This document shows positions 10,104-20,966 of a DNA stretch of 64,000 nucleotides, piece by piece (positions within the stretch are counted from its first letter, which is position 1; every line of letters begins with the position of its first letter). A program made the position numbers and the translations under genes. A model generated the notes under the pieces. The model saw nothing but the letters and a program-made list of their open reading frames with translations. It searched no databases and was not told where the DNA came from. The stretch spans positions 1 through 64,000 of the IMG/VR virus record IMGVR_UViG_3300042868_010712; one strand, 5' to 3'. This DNA comes from an uncultured virus (IMG/VR IMGVR_UViG_3300042868_010712) (Duplodnaviria > Heunggongvirae > Uroviricota > Caudoviricetes).

Positions 10104-11063
10104 ATGGTAAATCATTTTGCTACATTATTGATAAATCTAGACCTTAAGGAATTTAACGCCTTACGTGAGCGCTATCTACTTGCTGATAATTCTGATTTAT
10201 TATTATTAGCTCAAAGTAATAACGATAGAAGTTATAAAATAGCGCTAGGCGATTATTACACAGAATTAGAATATATGGATAAGGTGAGTCTGTATATTAA
10301 TAGAAAGTTTAAAAAAGTAGCACTGCCAGAACCCTTGACCAAATTTTATGAAATGCTTTTTCCAGCCGAAGCATCATTTCATTATAAGCATTTTTTGCTA
10401 TATAGTTGTTTACGTTTAATCGCTGCGACAGTATACTCTGATGATGTTGCAGTTTACGATAACCGCTTAACGTACAGCCTGGATGATTCGATAGAGTATT
10501 TCAGATTTTCTAAAATTTTTACACCAGCAATAAGCTCTAACGCTTACGATATAATCGTTACAGGTCAGGTTGAAACCTTAGAGAATATAGAAGAGTCTAA
10601 AAATAGCTTTATCGTTAGACAAGTAGGCAACACACCCAGCGTAACAGTTTTCTCAGCTACCCAAAAAAAATATTACAAGGCAGGTAAAATACCTACACAA
10701 AAAGCGAAAGACATGGAGATCCCATTAATTTTTCAAGGCAGAAACTCAGCCCAGATACCTGTAGGCGATGTAGGTTTGAAATTTTCATTTACCGGAGACA
10801 TGACTAATTTTACTGGTACAGCTAATAAAAATTGGCGCTTTGCTGTGCAAGCTCCATTTAATTTTAAGTTTCAAAAAATAATGCAAACTTTTAAAATTAG
10901 AGAAGACGTAGTGACTAATATGCTGCGTTATGCTGAGGATAAATGCAATTCGACTTACTCTAATTTATGGCTAACGCATTATAATGACGTATATCGTTTT
11001 GCTGGCTTGCTTATGGCTTATGTAGAAAGGGTTAATTCTGTATGGCTGGAAAATCGTGGGTAA
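10104..11063 (+). CDS. Hypothetical virion protein
   Basis: 319-aa ORF in the tail cluster. Confidence 0.6.
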   Translation: MVNHFATLLINLDLKEFNALRERYLLADNSDLLLLAQSNNDRSYKIALGDYYTELEYMDKVSLYINRKFKKVALPEPLTKFYEMLFPAEASFHYKHFLLYSCLRLIAATVYSDDVAVYDNRLTYSLDDSIEYFRFSKIFTPAISSNAYDIIVTGQVETLENIEESKNSFIVRQVGNTPSVTVFSATQKKYYKAGKIPTQKAKDMEIPLIFQGRNSAQIPVGDVGLKFSFTGDMTNFTGTANKNWRFAVQAPFNFKFQKIMQTFKIREDVVTNMLRYAEDKCNSTYSNLWLTHYNDVYRFAGLLMAYVERVNSVWLENRG

Positions 11064-12715
11064 CTTTAGATGTCACAGGAATAGACGGAGTTACAATTAC
11101 AGGCGTAACCATAAATTACGCTGTAGGAAGTATACCTACAGCGATGATAGACTTTGTGCCAGGGACAGCAGGACAGATCGATGTATCTAAGGCAAGTGCA
11201 GGAGTATTACAGGACGTAGAAAGCAAAAAAAGAGACGACGTTAGCATTAATCTCAGTGTACGTACCTACGCCTCGTCAGGCGGCGGCTATACCAGAAAGT
11301 TGGAATTCAAGGGTCTTCTTGACGGTATGAATGTCTCCAATTCTGTCGGTCAGAATAGATATCAGGCTGTAGCCAAAGGCAAAGCTCAAGTACTTAGAGA
11401 GCTCACCAAAATTACACCAGGGCTTTATCCTACGTCTATTAACATATACAAAAATCCAGGGTATTCGGGCAATACATCAGCACAGAAAGGCGACAACCAG
11501 GCGCATACAGCCCTTAACGGTATGATGCATAAACTGGCAGGAAAAGGTGAGACCCCAGAAAACACAGATCCTATAACGTTCTATACAGATCTATTAAAAG
11601 AATTAATGGAGATGCAGGAAAAGGAATGGGAAAAATTTATAGGTACTGAAAAGCTTGTACAGGGAGGTATACCTTTAAAAGAGGTTTTTGAGTCCCAAGG
11701 ATACAAAAAAGGACTACAAACAGGTAAGCAGTTTTTTGAAAACAGAGACTTAAGTGCTGTTACCGGAGGCAGCATGATGGGACAGGTAAGTAGAAAGGAT
11801 ATCGCCAATGGTATCATGAAGCATTTCATTGAAGGGCCAGATAATATATTAGATAACTATCTCTCATTTTTAGCTGAGATGAATTGCTCTGTTATATTCG
11901 GCAACTCTAAAATGATAGTGGTACCCTCAAACTCTGTACTCAAGCAAGAACTTACACCTCCAGGGGATCAAGAATCTCAGACAGAACCCAACAAAGCAGG
12001 CCCTGCAGATTACAATGGTTATGTTTACAACGACAACGGCTATAAAGATATTGCACATGTTCTTGTGTTACGTACAGGTGCTGTTGGAGGATACTCAAAC
12101 GGTTCAGTTACGAAAGAGAGAATGGTGATAGGGCAATACAGTAATAATGAATCAAAGGCTAGTGGAGTTTTGGCTGTTTACGGTAACCCATGGATGGTTA
12201 CGTTCCCACACACAGCTCAACCTAAAGATGCGCAGGAAGTAAAAACCTCTGCAGAGTCAGGTAATGTTTTACCTGATGGAGCAAAGGGCAAATCCGGCGG
12301 TGAGGGTGAGGCAGCCAAAGGAGAAGCAAGAGAAGATGAAAAGAATAGCTCCTACGAAGAGGAACTCAGTGAGTCTGTAAAAAATTACGCTGAAACAATG
12401 TACTACCACGCTAAGTACTTTGATAGGCAGGGTTCAATAAACCTAGACTTTAACCCGCAGTGGGCACCAGGCACAGGAGGATGGCTATACATCAAAGAAG
12501 CCAAGACATTCATTTCATTTTATGTGACCAGCGTAACGCACAGAGTAGATATGTCGCCGCCAGCCAACGGAACAGCAATAACCACTATCAGTTTCTGTTC
12601 AGGTAGGCTAGGGTCAACCCCATCAGGAACATCCGAAGATAAATACCTAGGCTACAACATAGGCAAAGAAAAAGGCGCACAGCAGTCTTTCATAGGCGAC
12701 ATAGGCGCACAATAA
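11042..12715 (+). CDS. Probable baseplate hub protein (gp27/gpD-like)
   Basis: Hub-like motifs (LEFKGLLDG; SINLDFNPQWAPG...FYVTSVTHRV) and genomic position. Confidence 0.55.
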   Translation: MAGKSWVTLDVTGIDGVTITGVTINYAVGSIPTAMIDFVPGTAGQIDVSKASAGVLQDVESKKRDDVSINLSVRTYASSGGGYTRKLEFKGLLDGMNVSNSVGQNRYQAVAKGKAQVLRELTKITPGLYPTSINIYKNPGYSGNTSAQKGDNQAHTALNGMMHKLAGKGETPENTDPITFYTDLLKELMEMQEKEWEKFIGTEKLVQGGIPLKEVFESQGYKKGLQTGKQFFENRDLSAVTGGSMMGQVSRKDIANGIMKHFIEGPDNILDNYLSFLAEMNCSVIFGNSKMIVVPSNSVLKQELTPPGDQESQTEPNKAGPADYNGYVYNDNGYKDIAHVLVLRTGAVGGYSNGSVTKERMVIGQYSNNESKASGVLAVYGNPWMVTFPHTAQPKDAQEVKTSAESGNVLPDGAKGKSGGEGEAAKGEAREDEKNSSYEEELSESVKNYAETMYYHAKYFDRQGSINLDFNPQWAPGTGGWLYIKEAKTFISFYVTSVTHRVDMSPPANGTAITTISFCSGRLGSTPSGTSEDKYLGYNIGKEKGAQQSFIGDIGAQ

Positions 12716-12730
12716 CTAGATACTATTTAT

Positions 12731-13363
12731 ATGAACGACGTAGAAAAATTAATAAAAGAAAATAAAAAATTAATAGATCTTGAAGCCTCTAGATATGCAA
12801 CAAATCTACCGCTGATAACTGTTCAGATTGAGGCCTACAAGCTTGCCCGTGAAGCTGCTAAAACATACAATCCTGCTGCAGGCTTTAAGTTCAGTACGCA
12901 CCTTGTAAACAGTCTAAAGAAATTATCCAGACTATCTACACAATATGGAAACGTATTAAGGGTACCTGAAAATGTTCAGTTTGGAGTAAATAAAGTTCAA
13001 AAGGTAGAAAAAGATTTGGAGCATACACTAGGAAGATCTCCGACACTTGAAGAAATTTCTCATCATTCTGGATTTTCTCCAAAAGCAGTCACGAACATGC
13101 TTAGCACAAGAAAAACGTCTACAGGCATATCCTCAATGTTTGAAGCACCAGCTTTGTTTGATAGCTCCAATGACGAATGGGTGCAATTTGTGTATCATGA
13201 TTTATCTGATACAGATAAGCTAATATTTGAGCACAAAACAGGGTTCAGTGGTAAGCAAATACTAGACAATAGTGCGTTATCTAAAAAATTAAATTTGTCC
13301 CCAAGCACTTTAAATAATAGAATAAAGTTAATAAATACAACTTTATCGAAAGGCTGGAAGTAA
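12731..13363 (+). CDS. Phage RNA polymerase sigma-70 family factor (group 3-like)
   Basis: Region 2 (EAAKTYNPAAGFKFSTH), region 3 (LRVP...LGRSPTLEEIS) and region 4 HTH (LSKKLNLSPSTL). Confidence 0.8.
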   Translation: MNDVEKLIKENKKLIDLEASRYATNLPLITVQIEAYKLAREAAKTYNPAAGFKFSTHLVNSLKKLSRLSTQYGNVLRVPENVQFGVNKVQKVEKDLEHTLGRSPTLEEISHHSGFSPKAVTNMLSTRKTSTGISSMFEAPALFDSSNDEWVQFVYHDLSDTDKLIFEHKTGFSGKQILDNSALSKKLNLSPSTLNNRIKLINTTLSKGWK

Positions 13364-13785
13364 TGAGCACTAAAAAAGAATTAAAAGATTTAGTTAAGGC
13401 CATATCAAAATGGGCCGAAGAAGGCATTCCCCCTGCCCGCTTAGGTAACGACGCGTCTACACCTAGACCCTGGTACTGCAAGACTAACGAGTATGAAAAG
13501 TCTTTTAAACTTGAGGATTTAAAAACCGAAACAGATAGAGAAGAATTAAATAATAAGTACGTTGAAAGATTTCATGAAATAGATCCTAAGTCCAGAAAGG
13601 GAATAAGCGCACTCAAGTCTGAGATATCTGCATTATATAGCTATCAAAAATGCTTTACGCAAAGATACAAAGGCAGGATGCATTTTTACCGAGATGACTT
13701 ATCGCAAAAAGGTAAGAGAACAGGGCACGCTTACGGGCGAGGCGCAAAGCGATTTGAAGGTTTTAAAAGCCAGCTAGACTCATAA
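13363..13785 (+). CDS. Hypothetical protein
   Basis: 140 aa, TAATG-coupled to the sigma gene. Confidence 0.6.
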   Translation: MSTKKELKDLVKAISKWAEEGIPPARLGNDASTPRPWYCKTNEYEKSFKLEDLKTETDREELNNKYVERFHEIDPKSRKGISALKSEISALYSYQKCFTQRYKGRMHFYRDDLSQKGKRTGHAYGRGAKRFEGFKSQLDS

Positions 13786-13790
13786 TTCTT

Positions 13791-14273
13791 ATGCCGGTAA
13801 ATTCAATAATATCAGACTATACTGGCCGAAAGAAAGATCTGAGCATCCTTCAAACACCTGACGCTTCGCTAGTAGGAGCACAGACAGTTACCCCATCGTT
13901 TGGTGCTCCTAGTAGATTTTGTGCAGGTATACAAAAATTGATACAGCGCTACGCTATAATACTTCTCACGAACCTAGAGTCACAGCAAAACTACCCAGAA
14001 TTTGGTACACGCTTCATAGCAACCTTAAGTACAAATAGCAGTATAGATAGAATATTAGCCAGACAAATATTCACACTAGCAAACGCCATAGCCGTCAAAA
14101 CATTGCAAAATTACCAAATAAAGAATAAAAATATTCCTAACGACGAGCGCATAGATAGCGCGACTTTAAGAAATATTGTTGTAGTACCTAACCTAGGATC
14201 TGTTTCTTTTGACATTGCCATAACTTCCGAGGCAGGACAAACCGTAGACTTTTTATTACCTTTACCTAAATAA
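13791..14273 (+). CDS. Baseplate wedge protein gp25-like
   Basis: GIQKLIQR..IILLT...PEFGT and DERI motifs, directly before a J-like gene. Confidence 0.7.
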   Translation: MPVNSIISDYTGRKKDLSILQTPDASLVGAQTVTPSFGAPSRFCAGIQKLIQRYAIILLTNLESQQNYPEFGTRFIATLSTNSSIDRILARQIFTLANAIAVKTLQNYQIKNKNIPNDERIDSATLRNIVVVPNLGSVSFDIAITSEAGQTVDFLLPLPK

Positions 14274-14277
14274 ATTT

Positions 14278-15939
14278 ATGGCAGAAACAATACAAACAAC
14301 AGCGTCTAGACTAGAGGCTTTCATAGCACAGAATTATACAGATGTAGAGACTGGTCCAGGCTCAGTAATCAACGAATTACTCATCAAATTAGCTGCGTCT
14401 ATACAGAACGAGCAGTATAATAAGATTAACGAGCTTTCACAGTCTTATACCTTTAATAACGCATTAGCGTCCACAACAGATACTTATTCTCCTGTGATTG
14501 ACGCAGTGGCCTCTAATTATAATACGGTAAGAGCCCAGGGTAATTATGTACGAGGAAAAATAAAAGTCACGGTAAGTTCTGGAGGCATGTTTGCCTTTCA
14601 GCAAAGCTCTCTAATATTCACAGATGTCTCTCTAGGTTTAAACTTTATATTAGAACAAGCTGTGCGTGTGAATGTTACACCCATAGCTGCCCTTAATGAA
14701 GGCCAAGTTTACAGCACTGAAAACGGGATGTTCTATTATATTCTTCCAGTTATTGCCGAGCAGCCAGGCACAAAATACCAATTAAACGCAGGCTCAAAGT
14801 TTTCTATAGGGGCTAAAAATTACATAGCGGGGTTTGTATCGGCTGAAGCTTATGGCAATTTCTCTTCAGGTAGCGACACCGAAACAGACAAACAATTAAT
14901 TTCTAGAATAAAAACAACCTTAGGTAATTCAAGAGTCGAATCGGCTGCAGGAATATATAATAAATTCAAGGAGAGCTTTCCAGGGTTTCAAACACTCTCT
15001 GTTTGCGGCGCAAACGATCCAGAATTACTTAGAGCAAAACAAAACGCGCTAGGTATATCTACATTTGGAAAGGCTGACGTGTATGTGCGCTCCAGCCTTG
15101 GGTTAGAAACAAAAAAAATTATCAAGAAAGCTAAAAAAATTTCAAGCAACTTGTGGCGTATAGACATGCTTAATACGGACGTTCCTGGTTTTTATCGCAT
15201 ACGCTCCATATTGCCTGTAGTCTCTAACGTAAACTTAGGAGGAACTTTAAATCCTTCTGCATTAAAATATGGTTATAGCGTTTACTTAGATAAAAGAAAC
15301 AACGAGATTACCAGTTATAATGCTAGAAATGGTGTAGTTGACGATCGTCAGGCAATACAGAATGCCCGATTCACAAAATATCAAACCGCCTCTTTTGAGT
15401 TTGCGGCAGAATATTTTCCAGATGTGCTAGTAAACAACACAGCAGATTTTGAGGTTGAAGTCATATATCAGCCATTTATAGCAGAAATGCAGGATCTATT
15501 ATTATCTGAAAATAACAGGCTTGCTTGCGCTGATTATTTGGTGAGAGCTGTAACTCCATGCGAAGTATCTTTAAATATCAAGCTATTAAAAAAACGGCCA
15601 ATCGACACCTATTCTTCCTTAAACCTAGGAGGACTAAAGGCAGATATTTTTAAATATATAAACACAATACCTTTTGGCGAAGATTTACAAGCTTCAAGTA
15701 TAGTAGATATATGTCATAACTACGGCATTAAAAGGGTCGACCTACCAATCAAAATGTCCGGATTGATTCTGTCCCCTGACGGTACAAATATAGAACTTAA
15801 CGGAGAGGACGTTTTATCTCTACCTAATTTACCGCATAAAGGAGTTACGCCAAAAACTACATTATACTTTGTAGACTATTACAGGCAAGTAGCAGGAGAA
15901 ATACAGCCTATAGATAATATAGGTCTAAGCATTGCCTAA
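14278..15939 (+). CDS. Baseplate J / gp6-like wedge protein
   Basis: GPGSVINELLI, IDAVASNY, IAEQPGTKY, G.DTETD..L..R and G.ADVYV motifs. Confidence 0.8.
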   Translation: MAETIQTTASRLEAFIAQNYTDVETGPGSVINELLIKLAASIQNEQYNKINELSQSYTFNNALASTTDTYSPVIDAVASNYNTVRAQGNYVRGKIKVTVSSGGMFAFQQSSLIFTDVSLGLNFILEQAVRVNVTPIAALNEGQVYSTENGMFYYILPVIAEQPGTKYQLNAGSKFSIGAKNYIAGFVSAEAYGNFSSGSDTETDKQLISRIKTTLGNSRVESAAGIYNKFKESFPGFQTLSVCGANDPELLRAKQNALGISTFGKADVYVRSSLGLETKKIIKKAKKISSNLWRIDMLNTDVPGFYRIRSILPVVSNVNLGGTLNPSALKYGYSVYLDKRNNEITSYNARNGVVDDRQAIQNARFTKYQTASFEFAAEYFPDVLVNNTADFEVEVIYQPFIAEMQDLLLSENNRLACADYLVRAVTPCEVSLNIKLLKKRPIDTYSSLNLGGLKADIFKYINTIPFGEDLQASSIVDICHNYGIKRVDLPIKMSGLILSPDGTNIELNGEDVLSLPNLPHKGVTPKTTLYFVDYYRQVAGEIQPIDNIGLSIA

Positions 15940-15943
15940 TCTT

Positions 15944-17959
15944 ATGAGTGTAGAATTTATAACAAAAAATTATCCAGCCAATGACGTCACAGACGGACAA
16001 TTTCTGTACAGATCGCTGGGCTCTTTTTGGACGTATATTTTTTCAGATAAAAATCTACTCAAAGGTTATACAACAGGTATGGCCGAAGAACTGATTCAGG
16101 CATATTACACACTCACGGAAGTTATCAATCAGTATTCAGTAAAAGATGTACCTATACTGCATAAAGAAAAATGGTACCCTTTAAAAATAAAAAAATCTGA
16201 GTTTAATAAAACTAAGTTTATATTCGAACCAGGCGGCGCGGTGTTCGGTCCACAATCCAACGAAGATGAGTTTTATCCGAATGCCCTGTTCAGGTTTGGT
16301 TATCCTAAAGAAACGTCAGGTACTGTTTACAGCTTTCAGCCGTCAGATGAATTAAAGAAATTTGGAGCTATATCCAATAAGATCATAGCTCCTTCGTTAT
16401 TACTTCTACCTGGGGTAGATGTAATTGTTAACGGCTCAACATTATTCTTTAACTTAGACTTATTTAATCACCCTAATATTCCAAAAGTTAAATTAGTTGA
16501 AGATCTGGGGGAGTACAAAACGTATACAGACAGTGAAGGCAACACCGTCATTGACGAGTATATTGTTCTATGGGTTTACAACGCAGAGATAGACAATAAG
16601 CAGTTATACCAAAATTTTGGAGTACTGTTTGATATAAATATGCCTTCAAATGAAGCTTATAAATCTCTGCTAAAGACTATGATGAACATGGCTGTTGAGG
16701 GGCCCACAATGGCTGCACTAAAAGCAGCGTTTGCTTCACTGGCAGGCATACCATTCATCATCGAATCTGAAGAAACTATCGAGGATATATACTCTGATGA
16801 AAAAAACACCTATATTATCACAGATAGTCACGTCTATAAGGTAGAAATTGACAGGCCTTTAAGTCGCAATGCACGTATAGCCGCAAAGCTGTATGCTGGA
16901 GATATACTAACTGACGATGTTAAATTATTAGACACCGTCACCTCAGGAGATTGGTGGAGTCGAGAGATAGAGTCTAGTAAACTAGGCTTTTCTTCTCATA
17001 TATTTTTAGCAGATATTAAAAAACAACTCTTTTTTGAAAATGGTGCCGCTTTAATAACTTACAGGCGAGGCAAATTAAACTTTCCAGTTATGGGAGATAG
17101 TAAAGATATCCAAGCTTTCAATGACTATATAAATATTCCTGTGAATAGGGTAAACATCATTGATTCGCTAGGGCTATACGATCAACTGCCAATAACTATA
17201 GAAGATGAAACAATTTTAGATATACGTAAAGGTCCTGGATTTGAGCAGTATATAATTACAGACCATAACGCTTATCTTATACCCAAAGACAGGATACTCA
17301 TACCTTCTGTAGCTTTGCAGACTAAAATAGCAAAAGGCACAACCATCGTCGAATTACATCCAGAAGAATTAGTGGAAGATTTATACCCCCTTGGAGAAGC
17401 CAGGGTTTTAAATATCAACCCAGTAGATTTTGTTTTTAAAACGCTAATTAAAAACAATACAGCCTTACTTAAGTTAAAATTTTATTCAGAACCGCAGCTG
17501 AATCTATTCTTTAAACTGCTACCACTATTGCGCACATATTTACCTCCCCATGTATATGTACTAGTCTACATGAACTATAACTTACCTACAGAAGTTTGGG
17601 AAAATTTTAACCTAGGCTTAACCATACTAGATTTCCCAGGACAGAAATTCAGTTTAGATGGATCAACAAAAACAGGGGAAAGACCAGGAAGCCTAGAGGA
17701 CGGAAAATATTATAAAGATTATAAAAATCGATTATTTTGCGTATCTGTAAGTCCTCAAAAAGACGGTCTACCGCTTCATGACAACGCGAACATAGATACG
17801 CTTAATGTAGACAATTCGAACAACCCAAGCTCTTCACCTGGAATAAAGTGCGGTATGTTACGTACAGAGATTCCTTCCCAGGTAACACCTCCAGGACAAA
17901 CAACAGCCAGACGCCCATCTACCAGAGAAATTCAGTCTATCTTATTAATCGACTTTTAG
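15944..17959 (+). CDS. Baseplate wedge protein (gpI/gp7-like)
   Basis: Follows the J gene. LGSFW, NFG...GPT..AL and LPPHV motifs. ATG 15944 or TTG 15932 start. Confidence 0.55.
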   Translation: MSVEFITKNYPANDVTDGQFLYRSLGSFWTYIFSDKNLLKGYTTGMAEELIQAYYTLTEVINQYSVKDVPILHKEKWYPLKIKKSEFNKTKFIFEPGGAVFGPQSNEDEFYPNALFRFGYPKETSGTVYSFQPSDELKKFGAISNKIIAPSLLLLPGVDVIVNGSTLFFNLDLFNHPNIPKVKLVEDLGEYKTYTDSEGNTVIDEYIVLWVYNAEIDNKQLYQNFGVLFDINMPSNEAYKSLLKTMMNMAVEGPTMAALKAAFASLAGIPFIIESEETIEDIYSDEKNTYIITDSHVYKVEIDRPLSRNARIAAKLYAGDILTDDVKLLDTVTSGDWWSREIESSKLGFSSHIFLADIKKQLFFENGAALITYRRGKLNFPVMGDSKDIQAFNDYINIPVNRVNIIDSLGLYDQLPITIEDETILDIRKGPGFEQYIITDHNAYLIPKDRILIPSVALQTKIAKGTTIVELHPEELVEDLYPLGEARVLNINPVDFVFKTLIKNNTALLKLKFYSEPQLNLFFKLLPLLRTYLPPHVYVLVYMNYNLPTEVWENFNLGLTILDFPGQKFSLDGSTKTGERPGSLEDGKYYKDYKNRLFCVSVSPQKDGLPLHDNANIDTLNVDNSNNPSSSPGIKCGMLRTEIPSQVTPPGQTTARRPSTREIQSILLIDF

Positions 17960-17983
17960 CTTAAAAACAATATAATGTAATCT

Positions 17984-18562
17984 ATGTTAACTACAGAAAA
18001 TATGAACATCAGCAACTCTTTAGAAGGGTTTATAAAGATATGGCAGACCGACCCTAAGTCTGGAGAAATAAAGCTGCTGGTAGACAAACGTAACCTTATC
18101 CTTAAAGGTGGAGCAAAAATAATTGCTAGCGCGTTAGGAGGTAACGTTGACTCTAAAATATGGGGTATGTATATAGGCTATAGTAATGATCCTAATTTCG
18201 ATTTAGTTACTGACGCTCCGACTATTGATGTAGATTACTCTAACAGGTTTATTAACTTTGAATCTCCTTTAGGTTTTTTAAGAGAGCAGTTAACTTTTTC
18301 TCCAACGTATATGTCCACGACAGGTTACGAAAGTAACACTGTATTATTTTCAACCATGATTACCTCCGCAAACAGCGCAGGAGGAGCTGAGTTTAACACA
18401 GACAGCCAGATCTATGAAGTCGCCTTAATTTCAGCGGCAGATCCTACGGCAGCTTTATACGATACGGTTTTCTCTAGAACAAATTTTAATCCGGTACAAT
18501 ACAACTCCAACTATAACTTTACTATTACTTGGGGTATACGTATATTAGTACCTTCAGCTTAA
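17984..18562 (+). CDS. Baseplate/tail fibre attachment protein
   Basis: NLILKGG...IYEVAL...FSR...ITW pattern typical of fibre N-terminal/collar domains. Confidence 0.55.
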   Translation: MLTTENMNISNSLEGFIKIWQTDPKSGEIKLLVDKRNLILKGGAKIIASALGGNVDSKIWGMYIGYSNDPNFDLVTDAPTIDVDYSNRFINFESPLGFLREQLTFSPTYMSTTGYESNTVLFSTMITSANSAGGAEFNTDSQIYEVALISAADPTAALYDTVFSRTNFNPVQYNSNYNFTITWGIRILVPSA

Positions 18563-18568
18563 TAACTT

Positions 18569-20956
18569 ATGAGTATTACACCATGGCTTCCAGCGGTCAG
18601 AAAAATTAAAGACGGTGAACCTGTAGACCAAGCTACAGTCAACGTACCTATAGACCAGCTCACACAGAGAGAGCAGCACCTGTATGAGAAATTTAATGAT
18701 ATTCTAAATAAGTCGGTACTTGTAAGCTTCAATCAGCCTATTCACCCTCAAGAATCTTTGGGTGTCAATGAGCTAAGTATAGTTTATTATAAAAAAGATT
18801 TATTTGGTGAAGGTGTGGCGAAAGGTGTAACAGGCTTTACTTCAAGCAAAGCCTCATCCATGTTTAAACCCAAAGAATCCAACTACGCTTTTGGGCTTTT
18901 AAAAAATATCTATACTGAAAGCTCCACCGTGGACATTTTTACTGAAGGTTTGTGTGAATTGCCTGTGGATTTAGACGATGAAACTCGCGGAGCAATTAAA
19001 GATGAGACGTTTGAGGTAGGTCCTTATTTCCTATCCCCGAAGCATCCAGGTAAGATCACAAAAGATCCTTCAGGCATTCCTGTCTATATAGGATACGCTA
19101 TAAGTAAAAGAAAATTTTTATTGCATACTAATGTAGACGAATTTTCTCAGTTCTTTATAAACTATAGGTACCACTTACTGGATAGAGTCGCAGGAGAGCC
19201 TGTATTGAGTGATAATACATGGACAATTAACGTTAAGGACTACACAGATCCTCCTAGCTATGTCCAATTTTCAGGATCTAATAATAACGTAACCGTTACG
19301 AACACATCTTCCAGTTATGTAGGTATTCCCGCTAAAAGTAAATTTGCGGATGTGTATACAGTAACTGTAACCACCGCAGGTAACACTTCGACGGTAAGAT
19401 TTTCAATAGCCTCGGCCAACGGAGCCTTTTTAACCAAGTTCGACCAAGCATTACAATCTAGTGTTTTAGTTTTAGATACAGCCAACGGAAACAATATCAG
19501 ACTAAACTTCACCGGGTCCACTAGTTTTACGGTAGATAGCCAGTGGACATTGCGTGTCAGTGCTAGGCCGAATAAATTAGGCTGGGTACCGGCCAGCGCC
19601 GCCGCCGCAATCCCTCCAGCTGGCGCAGTTTTTTATTATAATATACCTAATCTCACCGACATAGACTCGGATTCCGGTCTTGATTACGACCTGGATTCAA
19701 ACGACGAAAAAATAGAGTATGAAAAAAATGAGGCGATCGAACTCAGGAAGTATATTCCTCCTGTGCCTGCTAATTTCATACAGCTCTATGTCGATGGCTC
19801 TCTGGTTAGATATAATGACACCTTTGATACTGAAGGTTTATTTTCGGTTAACGAGTACGGCTTGTGGTGGCACAGTGCAAATGATGGAGAGCAACCATGG
19901 GATTCTAATTATCCCCAGGGGGCATTAGGGGCACCATACAAGTGGAGAGATAGTATAAAACCCAGCTTAACTAGAAAAAGAATTTTTGCCAGTTTTTCAA
20001 AGTTTAACCCGGCTTTACGTACTCAGCTGGTCAGCTCTTTAACTCCGTTCAATACTGTAGATAATAAAGCTGCAAACTTTATAAAATTTTATAGCTCTGA
20101 CAACCCTGATCAAACAGCTGGCACTGGAGATCTTTTAGTAGATATTTTAGCTCCAGTAAATTTGGTCGGCTATAAGCCCACAGTACTAGATCCTCAAGAC
20201 TTAACGGACGACTTCGTGTATCCGGGAGAATCCTTCACAGGAGAAGCCTCAAGATCTTCATCTTTTTCCGCAGGCAGAGCAGTAGCCGCAATAAAATACT
20301 CCAAACCTGATGGAGCGTTTAAAGTGGCGTTGACTTCAGTAGTTTCAAAGCTAGAAGGAACGGGAGGAATAACGGTCACACCTAACCCCTTAACTGGCGC
20401 ATATACTATCAGTTATATGTCTGAAGGATATGTAGGTCAGGTTGATTCCATAGAACCAATTAATGCAAGACTTGAGTTTCGAGGGCTTTCTTCTTACATA
20501 AAGTTACCTACACCGTCTACGACGCCATACGGGCTGATAGGTAAAATTGTAGTACCAAAGGGATATATTAATAACAAACCTCTCAGGGTAATTTTTCACC
20601 TTTTTGGAGATTCAGCTATAACTGAAAATGCTGTGGCTAGGAATGTGGCGTTTAGCTTTGAGTATTCAGCAATATCTGCAGCCAATTCAGCAAACCCTTC
20701 AAACTACAATGTGGTAGACACCTCAACTTATGCTCCAAGCATTAATCCTGTTGAGTTTGAGCTGCAGCCTACGACTCAAAGCTACACCAGCTACACATCC
20801 AGGAAAATCTCCGATAATTTTATAATTCCTGCAAACTTTATGCGAGAGGACTCTGTGGTTAACTTTAAGATACAGCGAGTATCAGTATCTTCTGGAGCAC
20901 AGAGCTACACAGGTAATATAGGTGTATTAGGAATTTACTGGGAAGTTATTAACTAG
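18569..20956 (+). CDS. Tail fibre/baseplate structural protein
   Basis: N-terminal IKDGEPV...VN.PI.QL..R..HL fibre-anchor-like motif; 795 aa, beta-rich. Confidence 0.55.
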   Translation: MSITPWLPAVRKIKDGEPVDQATVNVPIDQLTQREQHLYEKFNDILNKSVLVSFNQPIHPQESLGVNELSIVYYKKDLFGEGVAKGVTGFTSSKASSMFKPKESNYAFGLLKNIYTESSTVDIFTEGLCELPVDLDDETRGAIKDETFEVGPYFLSPKHPGKITKDPSGIPVYIGYAISKRKFLLHTNVDEFSQFFINYRYHLLDRVAGEPVLSDNTWTINVKDYTDPPSYVQFSGSNNNVTVTNTSSSYVGIPAKSKFADVYTVTVTTAGNTSTVRFSIASANGAFLTKFDQALQSSVLVLDTANGNNIRLNFTGSTSFTVDSQWTLRVSARPNKLGWVPASAAAAIPPAGAVFYYNIPNLTDIDSDSGLDYDLDSNDEKIEYEKNEAIELRKYIPPVPANFIQLYVDGSLVRYNDTFDTEGLFSVNEYGLWWHSANDGEQPWDSNYPQGALGAPYKWRDSIKPSLTRKRIFASFSKFNPALRTQLVSSLTPFNTVDNKAANFIKFYSSDNPDQTAGTGDLLVDILAPVNLVGYKPTVLDPQDLTDDFVYPGESFTGEASRSSSFSAGRAVAAIKYSKPDGAFKVALTSVVSKLEGTGGITVTPNPLTGAYTISYMSEGYVGQVDSIEPINARLEFRGLSSYIKLPTPSTTPYGLIGKIVVPKGYINNKPLRVIFHLFGDSAITENAVARNVAFSFEYSAISAANSANPSNYNVVDTSTYAPSINPVEFELQPTTQSYTSYTSRKISDNFIIPANFMREDSVVNFKIQRVSVSSGAQSYTGNIGVLGIYWEVIN

Positions 20957-20966
20957 ATATTAAATT

